This document shows, in pieces, positions 1-8,842 of a stretch of 32,000 nt of DNA. Origin of the DNA: an uncultured Lentisphaeria bacterium (GTDB lineage Bacteria > Verrucomicrobiota > Lentisphaeria > JABSQK01 > JAJFLO01); assembly GCA_951812855.1 (NCBI GenBank), contig OX638337.1, positions 480,001 through 512,000 of the forward strand. The letters are read 5' to 3'. Each line of letters opens with the position of its first letter. Within the stretch, counting starts at the first letter, position 1. A program made the translations under genes and the position numbers. The notes beneath the pieces are model-generated. The model was given only the letters and a program-made list of their open reading frames with translations, did not search any database and had not been told where the DNA came from.

Positions 1-284
1 TCAACACTTTCCCGTTGAGGGACATAGCCGACAAGTGAGCGTTGTTTTTTGTAAATTTCCCCGTAAATCAAAATTCTGCCGGAAGTTTTAGGCACCAAAC
101 CCAGAATAGCCTTTATCAGTGTACTCTTCCCGGCCCCGTTGGGGCCGATAATCCCGATAACCTGTCCTTCTTCAACCTCAAAATCAATATCCCACAACAC
201 CGGTTTATGCTGATAGGCTACTGTTAAATCATGGACCAAAACCGGAATTTTACTTACGTTCTCAACATTGTGTATTCCATTCAT
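1..284 (-). CDS. Metal (Mn/Zn-type) ABC transporter ATP-binding protein, N-terminal part; the 3' end runs off the window
   Basis: My reverse-complement translation from the ATG at 284-282 gives MNGIHNVENVSKIPVLVHDLTVAYQHKPVLWDIDFEVEEGQVIGIIGPNGAGKSTLIKAILGLVPKTSGRILIYGE... with Walker A GPNGAGKST. It starts 7 nt after the stop of the binding-protein gene on the same strand. It is missing from the ORF track because it is truncated by the window edge. Confidence 0.85.
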   Translation of the reverse strand, partial: MNGIHNVENVSKIPVLVHDLTVAYQHKPVLWDIDFEVEEGQVIGIIGPNGAGKSTLIKAILGLVPKTSGRILIYGEIYKKQRSLVGYVPQRESV

Positions 285-291
285 ATAAAAA

Positions 292-1287
292 TCAATGATT
301 TGATTTTAGTATTAATTTCCCATGCATACCCTTTTCAGGCGCGAATCCACCCAAAGCATTGGTAATGGTTGTTACATTATGATCAATCATACCGATATAA
401 GTCCCCTCGTATGATCCCGCTTCTCCCATAGCATCAGAATATAATGTCCCCCCAATCTTAATTATTTTTCCCTTCTCAGCAGCCCCCTCAATGAGTGCCT
501 TTACATTCTTACTTGCAACACTGGTTTCAACGAATACGGCTTTAACATCACGCGTTACAATCAGGTCAATTAAATTATTGATATCTCTTAATCCGGCCTC
601 CGATTCTGTTGAAATTCCCTGGATCCCCATCACGTCAATCCCATAGGCACGCCCGAAATAGTTAAATGCATCGTGTGCTGTAACGAGCACCCTGCCGGAT
701 TCAGGAATAGAAGCAATGGATGTTACGGCATAGTCATTAAGTGTATTTAACTGTTTTATATAGGTATCTGCATTTTTTAAATAATAGGATGAGTTCTTCG
801 GGTTGAATTCAGTTAATGATGTTGCGACCGCCTCAACAGCTCTGATCCATCCCCTGACATCCATCCATACATGGGGATCATAATGTCCTGAAAACTCAGG
901 TGGCTCTAAAAGGTATTGTTCATCAATTAATTCAGTTACAGCATAAACAGGCTTCCCTTCAGCAGCAACTTTTATGAGTATATCTGCCATCTTCCCTTCC
1001 AGTGACAAGCCGGAATAAAAGATTATATCAGCATCCAAAAATTTGGCAACATCTCCGCGAGTTGGTTTATACAGATGGGGATCGACTCCCTCACCGATAA
1101 TATTGATGACTTCTGCTTTGTCCCCGGCAACATGTTTAACAATATCACCAACCATAGCAACCGTTGTTACAATTTTATATTCACCGGCTTCAGAAAATTC
1201 AGATTTACCAGGATTTCCAGATTTTCCGCATCCATTACTCAATATCATCAAAGCGATCAAAATCAGAAAAAAACGGAATTGTTTCAT
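292..1287 (-). CDS. Metal ABC transporter substrate-binding lipoprotein (TroA/PsaA/MntC/ZnuA-like)
   Basis: 331-aa ORF with a signal peptide and lipobox (LSNG-C). The blocks DPHLYKPT, HYDPHVWMD and TAHDAFNYFGRAYG are typical of this metal-binding SBP family. It is followed directly by the ABC ATPase. Confidence 0.88.
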   Translation of the reverse strand: MKQFRFFLILIALMILSNGCGKSGNPGKSEFSEAGEYKIVTTVAMVGDIVKHVAGDKAEVINIIGEGVDPHLYKPTRGDVAKFLDADIIFYSGLSLEGKMADILIKVAAEGKPVYAVTELIDEQYLLEPPEFSGHYDPHVWMDVRGWIRAVEAVATSLTEFNPKNSSYYLKNADTYIKQLNTLNDYAVTSIASIPESGRVLVTAHDAFNYFGRAYGIDVMGIQGISTESEAGLRDINNLIDLIVTRDVKAVFVETSVASKNVKALIEGAAEKGKIIKIGGTLYSDAMGEAGSYEGTYIGMIDHNVTTITNALGGFAPEKGMHGKLILKSNH

Positions 1288-1346
1288 TGGTCTACTTTCT
1301 ATATAGATGCAAACATTATTCTATAAATGAAATTTTTAATTTTATA

Positions 1347-1370
1347 TACTAAAAATATGTATTTTTAGTA
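1347..1370. promoter_or_regulatory. Candidate DtxR/MntR-family operator: near-perfect 24-bp palindrome
   Basis: The sequence is TACTAAAAATA-TG-TATTTTTAGTA, with 11-bp arms and a 2-bp centre. It lies in the divergent spacer, about 60 nt upstream of the SBP start (1287) and about 120 nt upstream of the repressor start (1492). The function is inferred from position only. Confidence 0.4.
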
Positions 1371-1491
1371 ATCGAAATAAAATTGATGCCATTATAATAA
1401 TTATTTTTTTGATTTTTGCAAAACAAATTGTACCGTTTATAGAAATTTTCGATATTTAAAGAAAACGAACCTCGTCTAAACGGTAAAAAAG

Positions 1492-2169
1492 ATGCCCAGC
1501 AGTACTGTTGAAAATTATTTAAAACAGATTTTTCTAGAGCAGCAAAAAAATTGCAACGATATCGTTGCAATGGGAAAATTAGCTGAAAGAATGGGGGTAT
1601 CACCCGGCACGGCAACATCAATGGTGAAATTACTCAGTAAATCTGAATTAGTTAACTATGAACCACGTAACGGCAGTAAATTGACACCGAAAGGAAGTGA
1701 ACTTGCAATTCATGTTTTACGCCGCCATCGACTCATTGAACTGTTCCTGGTACAAGAATTAGGACTTGACTGGTCCGAGGTCCATGAAGAAGCAGAAGCT
1801 CTGGAACATGCGATTTCCGAACAGGTATTAGAAAAAATTGATAAAAAATTAGGACACCCCGGCGTTGATCCGCACGGTGACCCGATTCCATCAGCCGAAG
1901 GAAAAATTAAAAAGAAAAAACTTGTAAATCTGGCGGATTGCAGGGCCGGTCAAACTACAATAATTGGCAGAATACTTGACCAAAATAGTGAGTTTTTAAA
2001 ATTCTTAAATAAATATGGTATTCGCCCCGGACAAACCATAAAAATAAAACATCACGATTCAATCGCTGATTCTGTCTGCATTAAGCCTGAAAAAAACAAG
2101 TCAGTAAATTTAGGCATGCATGCTGCTTCAAAAATTTCTGTTGAAATGATCGATATAGGTAAAGAATAG
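1492..2169 (+). CDS. DtxR/MntR-family metal-dependent transcriptional repressor with C-terminal FeoA/SH3-like domain
   Basis: 225-aa ORF. It has an N-terminal winged helix (ENYLKQIF...GVSPGTATSMVKLL) and a metal-site/dimerisation block (LRRHRLIELFL...W..VHEEAEALEH..S). The C-terminal roughly 70 aa are FeoA-like. It is divergent from the metal ABC operon. Confidence 0.88.
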   Translation: MPSSTVENYLKQIFLEQQKNCNDIVAMGKLAERMGVSPGTATSMVKLLSKSELVNYEPRNGSKLTPKGSELAIHVLRRHRLIELFLVQELGLDWSEVHEEAEALEHAISEQVLEKIDKKLGHPGVDPHGDPIPSAEGKIKKKKLVNLADCRAGQTTIIGRILDQNSEFLKFLNKYGIRPGQTIKIKHHDSIADSVCIKPEKNKSVNLGMHAASKISVEMIDIGKE

Positions 2170-2189
2170 GTATTTTCCGGGTCTTCTTT

Positions 2190-2567
2190 TTGGAGCTCAA
2201 GGTTCGTCTCTTCCGGGACGATCCGGCATTGAAAGTCCAGTTCCGGCAACAGCCTTTACATTTCGGCCATACCACAAATCAGTTGCATCCTGGCTTTTTC
2301 TACAACTGTTCAATAATTCGTACAACTGAATTCAATTTGTCTCAACGGGATCCACGAAAAACTGCTGAGGCTATTGAGATACTTGAAGATTGTCCAGGGA
2401 AATCAAAGGAATTTATCAAACTCTTAGAAAATAAATATTTAACATCTGAACCTGATGGGAAAAAATCAGATATAAAATCAATACTGAAACCTCTGTTAAA
2501 AACCCCCTGTGACAAATGGATAATTTTATGTGCATTATATGCGATCGCTCACGAATCAGCACATTGA
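2190..2567 (+). CDS. Hypothetical 125-aa ORF; coding status doubtful (possibly a relic of a longer gene)
   Basis: This is an open frame only, with no recognisable domain and no obvious Shine-Dalgarno sequence. It sits in a 510-bp spacer between convergent genes. Confidence 0.25.
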   Translation: MELKVRLFRDDPALKVQFRQQPLHFGHTTNQLHPGFFYNCSIIRTTEFNLSQRDPRKTAEAIEILEDCPGKSKEFIKLLENKYLTSEPDGKKSDIKSILKPLLKTPCDKWIILCALYAIAHESAH

Positions 2568-2605
2568 ATTTTGTGATAAGACACCCACCGGCACAGAAGA
2601 TCGTA

Positions 2606-2634
2606 GCAGTAAATAGAAAATCTTTATTTACTGC
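2606..2634. terminator. Hairpin between convergent genes (possible bidirectional terminator)
   Basis: GCAGTAAATA-(9 nt)-TATTTACTGC is a perfect 10-bp stem. It has no clear U-tract on either side, so its role as a terminator is uncertain. Confidence 0.3.
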
Positions 2635-2679
2635 AAATCCCATATTTCCCTGAAATTTGACACCGCATAGAATTAATCA

Positions 2680-3411
2680 TTACATACGATCAATTATTTT
2701 TATCAGGCTATGTAATACAAGGTTTGGTTCAACTAAATAATTTGATTTAAATTGATTGGAAATTAATTTTGAATTACCACCCGTCAATACGACATCTAAT
2801 GACTTCTGTAAATGTTTTTCATATTTTCCTATCCAGTTTTCTATGGCTAACACCGTTGAAAAATAGACCCCTTGCACAACAGAATCCTGAAGATTAACAG
2901 GATGATTAAAGACCGTCTCATATCCCGTGAAGGGGAATTCAGATTCAATCTCGATCCTCGTATTTTCAGATACAGCCTTTGCGGAAAGCTGCAAACCCGG
3001 CCAAATAATTGAATACTCACAGCTATTTTCGTTAACCAGAGAAACAGTCGTTGCGGTACCGAACGTTGCAACAACAAATGGCTGTACCAGCATTTCCTTT
3101 GCAGCAATACAGGCAAGTTTTCGATCTATGCCGATATCAAGATCAGCATTGAATCGTATCGTATCATCTGGCAACCAGTCTTGAACATCCAGAACCTGAA
3201 TCTGTCCAGAAGTATTTAATCTGGCACCATCAAAATCCGGCCGAACATTAGAATAGAGGAGTTGTGAAACGTCATAATGTGTCAGTATTTCTTGACAATC
3301 TGCCAGTGAATTACATTCAATTACAGATTTAAGTGTACGTGAATTTACATCAATAATTCCGAGTTTTATTACAGAATTTCCAATATCCAGAACCGCATTT
3401 TTTATAGTCAT
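2680..3411 (-). CDS. coaX: Type III pantothenate kinase (CoaX/Baf family)
   Basis: 243-aa ORF carrying the ordered CoaX motifs LDIGNS, GIDRKLACIAA, FGTATTV, IWPGLQLS, QDSVVQG and LTGGNS. It starts 7 nt after the stop of the upstream PPS-like gene. Confidence 0.85.
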   Translation of the reverse strand: MTIKNAVLDIGNSVIKLGIIDVNSRTLKSVIECNSLADCQEILTHYDVSQLLYSNVRPDFDGARLNTSGQIQVLDVQDWLPDDTIRFNADLDIGIDRKLACIAAKEMLVQPFVVATFGTATTVSLVNENSCEYSIIWPGLQLSAKAVSENTRIEIESEFPFTGYETVFNHPVNLQDSVVQGVYFSTVLAIENWIGKYEKHLQKSLDVVLTGGNSKLISNQFKSNYLVEPNLVLHSLIKIIDRM

Positions 3412-3418
3412 ATAGATT

Positions 3419-4180
3419 TTATCTAAGTGTTGAACGTAATGTTTTCAGTCTATTCTCGATATATTTTAATACTTGATTTCTGCTTTCACGTTTATCATAT
3501 GTCTGTAAAATACTGGTCGCCCGGGCAGGATTTTTATGCAATTCAACCATTGCCTCACTCAGTAACGGCAGTGCCCTGACAACATGATCACAAATATTTA
3601 CAGTCGCATCACAGGCCGTTCGTGAAAGGGGATTTAAATCAATTGATATCACTTTTTTCCCCCAATCCAACAGTGCACAGGTACGATCTCCATCTTCTAA
3701 TGGTATGAGAACAACATCCGCTGCTGCAATCCCATTTTTATCAACATGTGCACGTGCTGATGTCAAATGTGGAACCTTATCAGTCGGTGTAATGCCAAGT
3801 ACGTTTACCGCACCATGTTCTATTAGGAAATTAGCGATTTTTTGTTCTCTTTCACGGGTTCTCCCATAGAAGACATTTACTTCAAGTGGTGCAGGAATTG
3901 CCCTGGATAACTGAACAAGTGATTCGGGAGCTAAAACAGCCGTATTTCCATTAACGGAAATGACGGGATTGTCTGCTTGTACGAGCAATGCTGCAGCGAC
4001 ATTGATATCATTCTTGACACAGGGGATGGATTCTTCACCGAGGATATAGTCGAAGGCCTCACCACGACCATGGGCGATTGGTCCGGCACCGGCAACGAGA
4101 CCCAGGTCCCGATAAGTTTCAATAGTTGAGCGCATTTTAAGTGAATCAGCACGTGGATGGTTTATGGGTATTTCGTTCAC
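3419..4180 (-). CDS. Archaeal-type phosphopantothenate synthetase homolog (4-phosphopantoate--beta-alanine ligase; COG1701/DUF137 family)
   Basis: 253-aa ORF. I recognise the N-terminal signature NHPRADSL...GPIAHGRGEAFDYILGE from archaeal PPS proteins (recalled from memory, not searched). The size fits, and it appears to be co-transcribed with coaX. Confidence 0.72.
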   Translation of the reverse strand: MNEIPINHPRADSLKMRSTIETYRDLGLVAGAGPIAHGRGEAFDYILGEESIPCVKNDINVAAALLVQADNPVISVNGNTAVLAPESLVQLSRAIPAPLEVNVFYGRTREREQKIANFLIEHGAVNVLGITPTDKVPHLTSARAHVDKNGIAAADVVLIPLEDGDRTCALLDWGKKVISIDLNPLSRTACDATVNICDHVVRALPLLSEAMVELHKNPARATSILQTYDKRESRNQVLKYIENRLKTLRSTLR

Positions 4181-4607
4181 AGAATCGCTCTATTTCAAGA
4201 ATGTCAGTCATTTTCTGATGTTAGGAAACTGAAACCTGGATATACGAAAGACTGAAAATATAAAACCGGATTAAACGTTGATTATTGACTTCTTTCCTGC
4301 TTAATGTTTTCACAGCAAATATCGATCGAGTATGCCCATGATGGAACGCCTTGCAAACACCCCCTCATGACATCAGCCCCAAGCTCCTGAAAGAGCCGGA
4401 ATTAAAAAACTGCTCATTTTAGCCGTTTTTACAGTCTTATGATATAGTATCGCCAGATTTACAGATAGTATTGAACTATAGAATAACGCAGTTACACAAT
4501 ATAATTCAACTCAATATCAGCAGATTCATATATACTCTAAATCAGGGTTAAATCTGTAATCTGAACAGATAACATAATCCTTCATTTTTTTAATTTAAAT
4601 AGACACA

Positions 4608-5687
4608 GTGACATTTTATAAACCCAACTTAGGCAATCCGCCTTCAAGCAAACCAATCAATTTGAACAAAATTGACGTGAAAGGTGGAATTCTGATTCGA
4701 TCGACAAACTGGCTGGGAGATGCAATCATGACGCTTCCGGCGATTTATAAAATCAAACGGTCAATTGATAATCGGGGCAAGATTATTATTCTCACGACCG
4801 AGAAACTTAAATCATTCTGGGAAAGCGTTTCCTGGATTGATTACGTTATATCATTTCCCGGCAAGCGCATTGACCAGGCGTGTATACAGACAATCAAGGA
4901 ACTCAATCCGGGTCTGGGTATTATACTGCCAAATTCCTTTGGTTCGGCATTTGACCTGAATCGTGCTGGAATTCCTAAAATCATCGGCCGAACCGGCCGT
5001 GGCAGGTCGATATTTATCGATTATAAGCTGCCAGCCTGGAAACGAAGACCGGGAAGAGATATCTACCATGAAACACAAAAATATCTGGAATTTTCACATT
5101 TCCTCGGGAGTAAGGACTGGGATTGTGATTATCCTCCAATTTCTCCCAGGCTGTCCGCAACCGAATTGAACGAAATCAAATCAAGGGTCGCAACTGATAA
5201 ACCTTTACTGGTTGTAGCAGCCGGGGCAGCCTATGGTCCCGCGAAGCAATGGCCGGAACGGTATTTTATTGAAATCATAGAGTGGTGGACTCGAAGATAT
5301 GGAAACGCAGTTGTAATCGGGTCCGAATCAGAATTCCAGCTTGCAGATAACATTGTAAAAAGCATTCCCCGAACAATAAATCTTGCCGGTGAGACCTCCC
5401 TGGTGCAACTTATGTATATTCTCTCAATGGCGTCATGTATTGCAACAAATGACAGTGGTCCGATGCATTTAGGTGCAGCATTAGGTAAAAAAGGAGTTGC
5501 CATGTTCGGGTCGACAGATCCAATTGCAACCGGACCGATTGGAGGGGAATGGATTGTCCACTATAAAAAAACCAGTTGTTCGCCATGTCTCCAACGAACA
5601 TGTAAATTAGATAACCATAAATATAAATGTTTAGAAAAAATCTCTCCTGAAGAGATCATTTCAACAATTGAAAAACTAATTAAATAA
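4608..5687 (+). CDS. ADP-heptose:LPS heptosyltransferase (GT9, RfaF/WaaF-like)
   Basis: 359-aa ORF with a GTG start. It carries IRSTNWLGDAIMTLPA near the N-terminus and NDSGPMHLGAALGKKGVAMFGSTDP near the C-terminus, both typical GT9 heptosyltransferase blocks. Confidence 0.85.
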   Translation: MTFYKPNLGNPPSSKPINLNKIDVKGGILIRSTNWLGDAIMTLPAIYKIKRSIDNRGKIIILTTEKLKSFWESVSWIDYVISFPGKRIDQACIQTIKELNPGLGIILPNSFGSAFDLNRAGIPKIIGRTGRGRSIFIDYKLPAWKRRPGRDIYHETQKYLEFSHFLGSKDWDCDYPPISPRLSATELNEIKSRVATDKPLLVVAAGAAYGPAKQWPERYFIEIIEWWTRRYGNAVVIGSESEFQLADNIVKSIPRTINLAGETSLVQLMYILSMASCIATNDSGPMHLGAALGKKGVAMFGSTDPIATGPIGGEWIVHYKKTSCSPCLQRTCKLDNHKYKCLEKISPEEIISTIEKLIK

Positions 5688-5821
5688 AATTTAACTATGA
5701 AAAAAATTTGATTATCTTTACTGTTTTTATTCTTGCTTAATCTCACATTTCTTGCAGCACAAACACGTAAGCAAAGACCATTATTCCCAATATCGATCAT
5801 GAATTTCCGAATGCAAAATAA

Positions 5822-6053
5822 TTGTTCGAAGGAGTCCTTGATTTGATACTGGGCAATTACTACACCACGTTAGTATCTGAAAAAGACCTGTATTGGGCAG
5901 CGATACAGGGTATGCTGAAAAAAATTTCTCCGCCCGTTCATCCAATTTAGGGAAAATATGGACGCCTGAGGATTACGACAAAATTCATAATGCACTTAAA
6001 GGTGTGAATATCTCTATAGGAATGAAGAGGACTGACTTCCGATTTTATTGTTA
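5822..6053 (+). pseudogene. Relic of a C-terminal-processing (S41, Ctp/Prc-like) peptidase N-terminal region
   Basis: My translation gives FEGVLDLILGNYYTTLVSEKDLYWAAIQGMLKKISPPVHPI*, then, after a frame change, KIWTPEDYDKIHNALKGVNISIGM. This follows the S41 pattern L..Y....L...AI.GM...L.DP.S.Y....E........G.GI. It is interrupted by a stop and a frameshift, and the PDZ and catalytic parts are absent. Confidence 0.5.
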
Positions 6054-6143
6054 AACAGGATCAAAAACGGTTGCCGATCAGCCAAACGACCCATTAACGA
6101 TCGGATAAAAAATGATTCCTGCCTATAGCTGCTTTGAAAATTT

Positions 6144-6911
6144 TTAATTATTAATCTGTCCGGATTTACTTTGACTGCCTATAAAAAAATCGTCAGGAAT
6201 CCGATGATCCTTATCGATTAATCTAATTGTGTTATGTTTAAATTTTACGACGGATTTTCCTTTTTCCCCGGTAATTTTGAACTCCTTAATAATCCAAAAA
6301 TTATTTTCTTTTTTAAATCCTGTAAATGTAATCGTCTTGTATGGATCAGAGCTTGATTCAGTCTTAGACCATTCAACTTTCAGCGGGAAATAATGTTTCT
6401 TCGACAGCCAGATTTTCACTCTTTTTCCATTAACTGGATGCTTTAAAACTACGACCCGGCACCGTTGCCCTTTAATTATTTTACTGTCTAACTCTGATTC
6501 AAAGCTCCAGTGTAAAAAGGATAGTGTAAAATCGCCCGGTTCAAATCCAATAGACGATAAGGAAGATGCACTCGATTCAGTTGGAATTACCTCTTCCTGA
6601 AACGTGCTTTCCCCTGAAACGGTATTTTGATGTAACCGATATCGTTCATGCTCATTGAAAATTATTTGAGCTGAAATCTGATCATGATTAAGTTTTAGAC
6701 GCAGTTCTATTGGAAATTTTAATTTTCTGCCGTCAATTCGTTTATGATTTATAATGCCTTCAAGAATAGCAATACTTTCCTTAAATGGCTGATTTCGAAC
6801 AGTTTCCAAAAACAGTTGAATATCATCGTCTGCAGTTGTTTTTGCATTGAGACTCCAGATGGAGATATTCAATAACGCAACGCACATTATCAACATTGTA
6901 ATTCGTAACAA
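6144..6911 (-). CDS. Secreted hypothetical protein, possibly with a LolA-like (outer-membrane lipoprotein-sorting) fold
   Basis: 255-aa ORF with an N-terminal signal peptide. The C-terminal beta-rich block (WLSKKHYFPLKVEW...YKTITFTGFKKENNFWIIKEFKI) resembles LolA-like proteins. The assignment is tentative. Confidence 0.6.
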   Translation of the reverse strand: MLRITMLIMCVALLNISIWSLNAKTTADDDIQLFLETVRNQPFKESIAILEGIINHKRIDGRKLKFPIELRLKLNHDQISAQIIFNEHERYRLHQNTVSGESTFQEEVIPTESSASSLSSIGFEPGDFTLSFLHWSFESELDSKIIKGQRCRVVVLKHPVNGKRVKIWLSKKHYFPLKVEWSKTESSSDPYKTITFTGFKKENNFWIIKEFKITGEKGKSVVKFKHNTIRLIDKDHRIPDDFFIGSQSKSGQINN

Positions 6912-7070
6912 AATATTAAGCTCCCTTCAAATGACTTATTAAAATTGGAAATGGGCTGATTGCATTGTGATTTTTCAGAATTAATCTAATCGGCTAATTA
7001 AAATGTATGATACGTATTAAGCCGGTAAGAGTTCTACAAAAAGGCTATATAATAATTAAACGTTACTCCA

Positions 7071-8027
7071 ATGATTAAGAAATCACCAAATTATTTTCAA
7101 TTTATAATAGTGTTGCTTTTTTTTGCGAAAGTTAGTTTTGGACAAGAGTTTTCTAAATTTAATGATCCTGGCAATCTATCAACTGATATCTGGTGGCAAT
7201 GGCCAATTATACTGTTTTTGTTTTCTATATTTGTTGGATTCATGGCAACATTATCAGGAATTGGCGGAGCAATCATTTATGTACCGTTTGTCAGCAGTAT
7301 TTTTCCGTTGCATCTTGACTATATTAGAGGAACCGGGCTGATCATAGCATTAACCGGTGCACTTTATGCAAGTCCAGAACTCTTAAAAAACGGTATCGCT
7401 AATTTAAGACTGGCACTGCCGTTTGCGTTAGTTGCATCCATTTCAGCACTGTTTGGCGCCCGCTTCGGGTTGAGTTTAGATCCTAAAACAGTTCAATTAT
7501 CTCTCGGAATTTTGCTGCTGTTTATTGTTAGTCTGATGATACTGTCAAAAAAATCAGAATTCCCCATTGTCGAAAAGAGTGATTCATTATCTAAAACGTT
7601 GAAAATAGGTGGTATTTATCATGAGAAAACAACATCAGAGGAGATCTCATGGAAAATTCATCGTTCCCCGCCTGGACTTATTCTATTTTTTATCATTGGT
7701 TTTCTTGCCGGCATGTTTGGTATTGGTGCTGGATGGGCGAATATTCCCGTCCTGAATTTAGTATTAGGGACACCTTTGAAAATTGCGATTGGCACCAGCA
7801 AAGTAATTTTATCTGTTACAGATACCAGTGCAGCGTGGGTTTATCTTAACGCCGGAAGCATATTGCCGTCAGTGACGATTCCTTCAGTTTTAGGGATGAT
7901 CATTGGAACGAAACTTGGCGTAAAAATTCTTGTGAAGAGCAATCCTGCCAGAGTAAAATGGTTTGTTATAATTTTATTACTTCTGTCAAGTATTGTATCT
8001 GTAGTCAAAGGGATTAATCTCGGATGA
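7071..8027 (+). CDS. TauE/SafE-family anion (sulfite/sulfonate) exporter-like membrane protein
   Basis: 318-aa polytopic ORF with the duplicated motif GIGGAIIYVPF / GIGAGWANIPVLNLVLG typical of TauE/SafE. Confidence 0.82.
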   Translation: MIKKSPNYFQFIIVLLFFAKVSFGQEFSKFNDPGNLSTDIWWQWPIILFLFSIFVGFMATLSGIGGAIIYVPFVSSIFPLHLDYIRGTGLIIALTGALYASPELLKNGIANLRLALPFALVASISALFGARFGLSLDPKTVQLSLGILLLFIVSLMILSKKSEFPIVEKSDSLSKTLKIGGIYHEKTTSEEISWKIHRSPPGLILFFIIGFLAGMFGIGAGWANIPVLNLVLGTPLKIAIGTSKVILSVTDTSAAWVYLNAGSILPSVTIPSVLGMIIGTKLGVKILVKSNPARVKWFVIILLLLSSIVSVVKGINLG

Positions 8028-8440
8028 ATAACACGAATCAGCCTCCTTCTGAACAACTTGCATACGCTAAAATAATCTATCACCTTGCCAATGTTGGAAT
8101 TATCGCAATGATAATCAGTTATATTCTCTATATGACGGACTGTCCACAATCGTTTTTACCCATAAACAGATTAGTTCAATTGTGGGATATTCGATCGGTT
8201 GAACTTATCCGGATAACAACAATGCCTGTGGGGTTGGATCTTATTCATCATCTCAATCGAAGTGATATAATCAGTTTGATGAGTATTATTTTTATTTCCT
8301 GTATAACCATTTTGGGATACATCAGGATTTTGCCGTGTTTCATAAAGGAAAAGGATCTTCCCTATACGTTAATAACTCTTCTGCAGATTATCGTTTTAAT
8401 TTTGGCTGTTTTCGGCATTATCAGTTTTGACAGTCACTAA
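8024..8440 (+). CDS. DUF1634-like small membrane protein (usual partner of TauE genes)
   Basis: 138-aa ORF with 3-4 hydrophobic helices. Its start overlaps the TauE stop (ATGA), which is the conserved pairing known for this family. Confidence 0.7.
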   Translation: MNNTNQPPSEQLAYAKIIYHLANVGIIAMIISYILYMTDCPQSFLPINRLVQLWDIRSVELIRITTMPVGLDLIHHLNRSDIISLMSIIFISCITILGYIRILPCFIKEKDLPYTLITLLQIIVLILAVFGIISFDSH

Positions 8441-8477
8441 ACAGTGTACCTGATTATATGCCAGGATATTCGATCAT

Positions 8478-8772
8478 TTAGCATACAGATAAAAATGATG
8501 GATTTTCACTGATTTTTACGGGATCATAACTTAATACTGCCAGTGCTGACTGAATATCTCTTAAATTAGATTCAATTCGATTGAATCTTGCCTGTTGTGA
8601 ACGAGTAATGCTTTTAGGCAGTCGTTTTGTCTTAATGATATGTCTCTTGTTTTACCTTTTGATACGAATGCGCTGGAACGGCTGCTGTAATGGCTGCAAC
8701 CGCTAAAATTTCAGAAAGTACAAATCGTGTGATCTTTATGCGGCTGTTTGATTTTTTGAAATGATTCATCAT
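8478..8772 (-). pseudogene. Possible frameshifted pseudopilin/prepilin-like gene relic
   Basis: My translation gives MMNHFKKSNSRIKITRFVLSEILAVAAITAAVPAHSYQKVKQETYH*, a degenerate prepilin leader and hydrophobic helix. In another frame it gives ...RSQQARFNRIESNLRDIQSALAVLSYDPVKISENP, which resembles the pseudopilin pattern A....NL..I..AL..Y. The relic is short and degenerate. Confidence 0.35.
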
Positions 8773-8842
8773 AATCTCTTTTATAAAAATGGGTCGGTTA
8801 AATGAGTTTGATCAACAAACTGATTATATAAAAAATTGACGT

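Noticed and set aside
4310-4339. The minus-strand peptide MGILDRYLL*, resembling the conserved start of LptF/LptG permeases next to the LPS heptosyltransferase gene
   Set aside because: Only 9 codons are present before a stop, which is too short to separate from chance. I noted it as a possible further relic but cannot support it.
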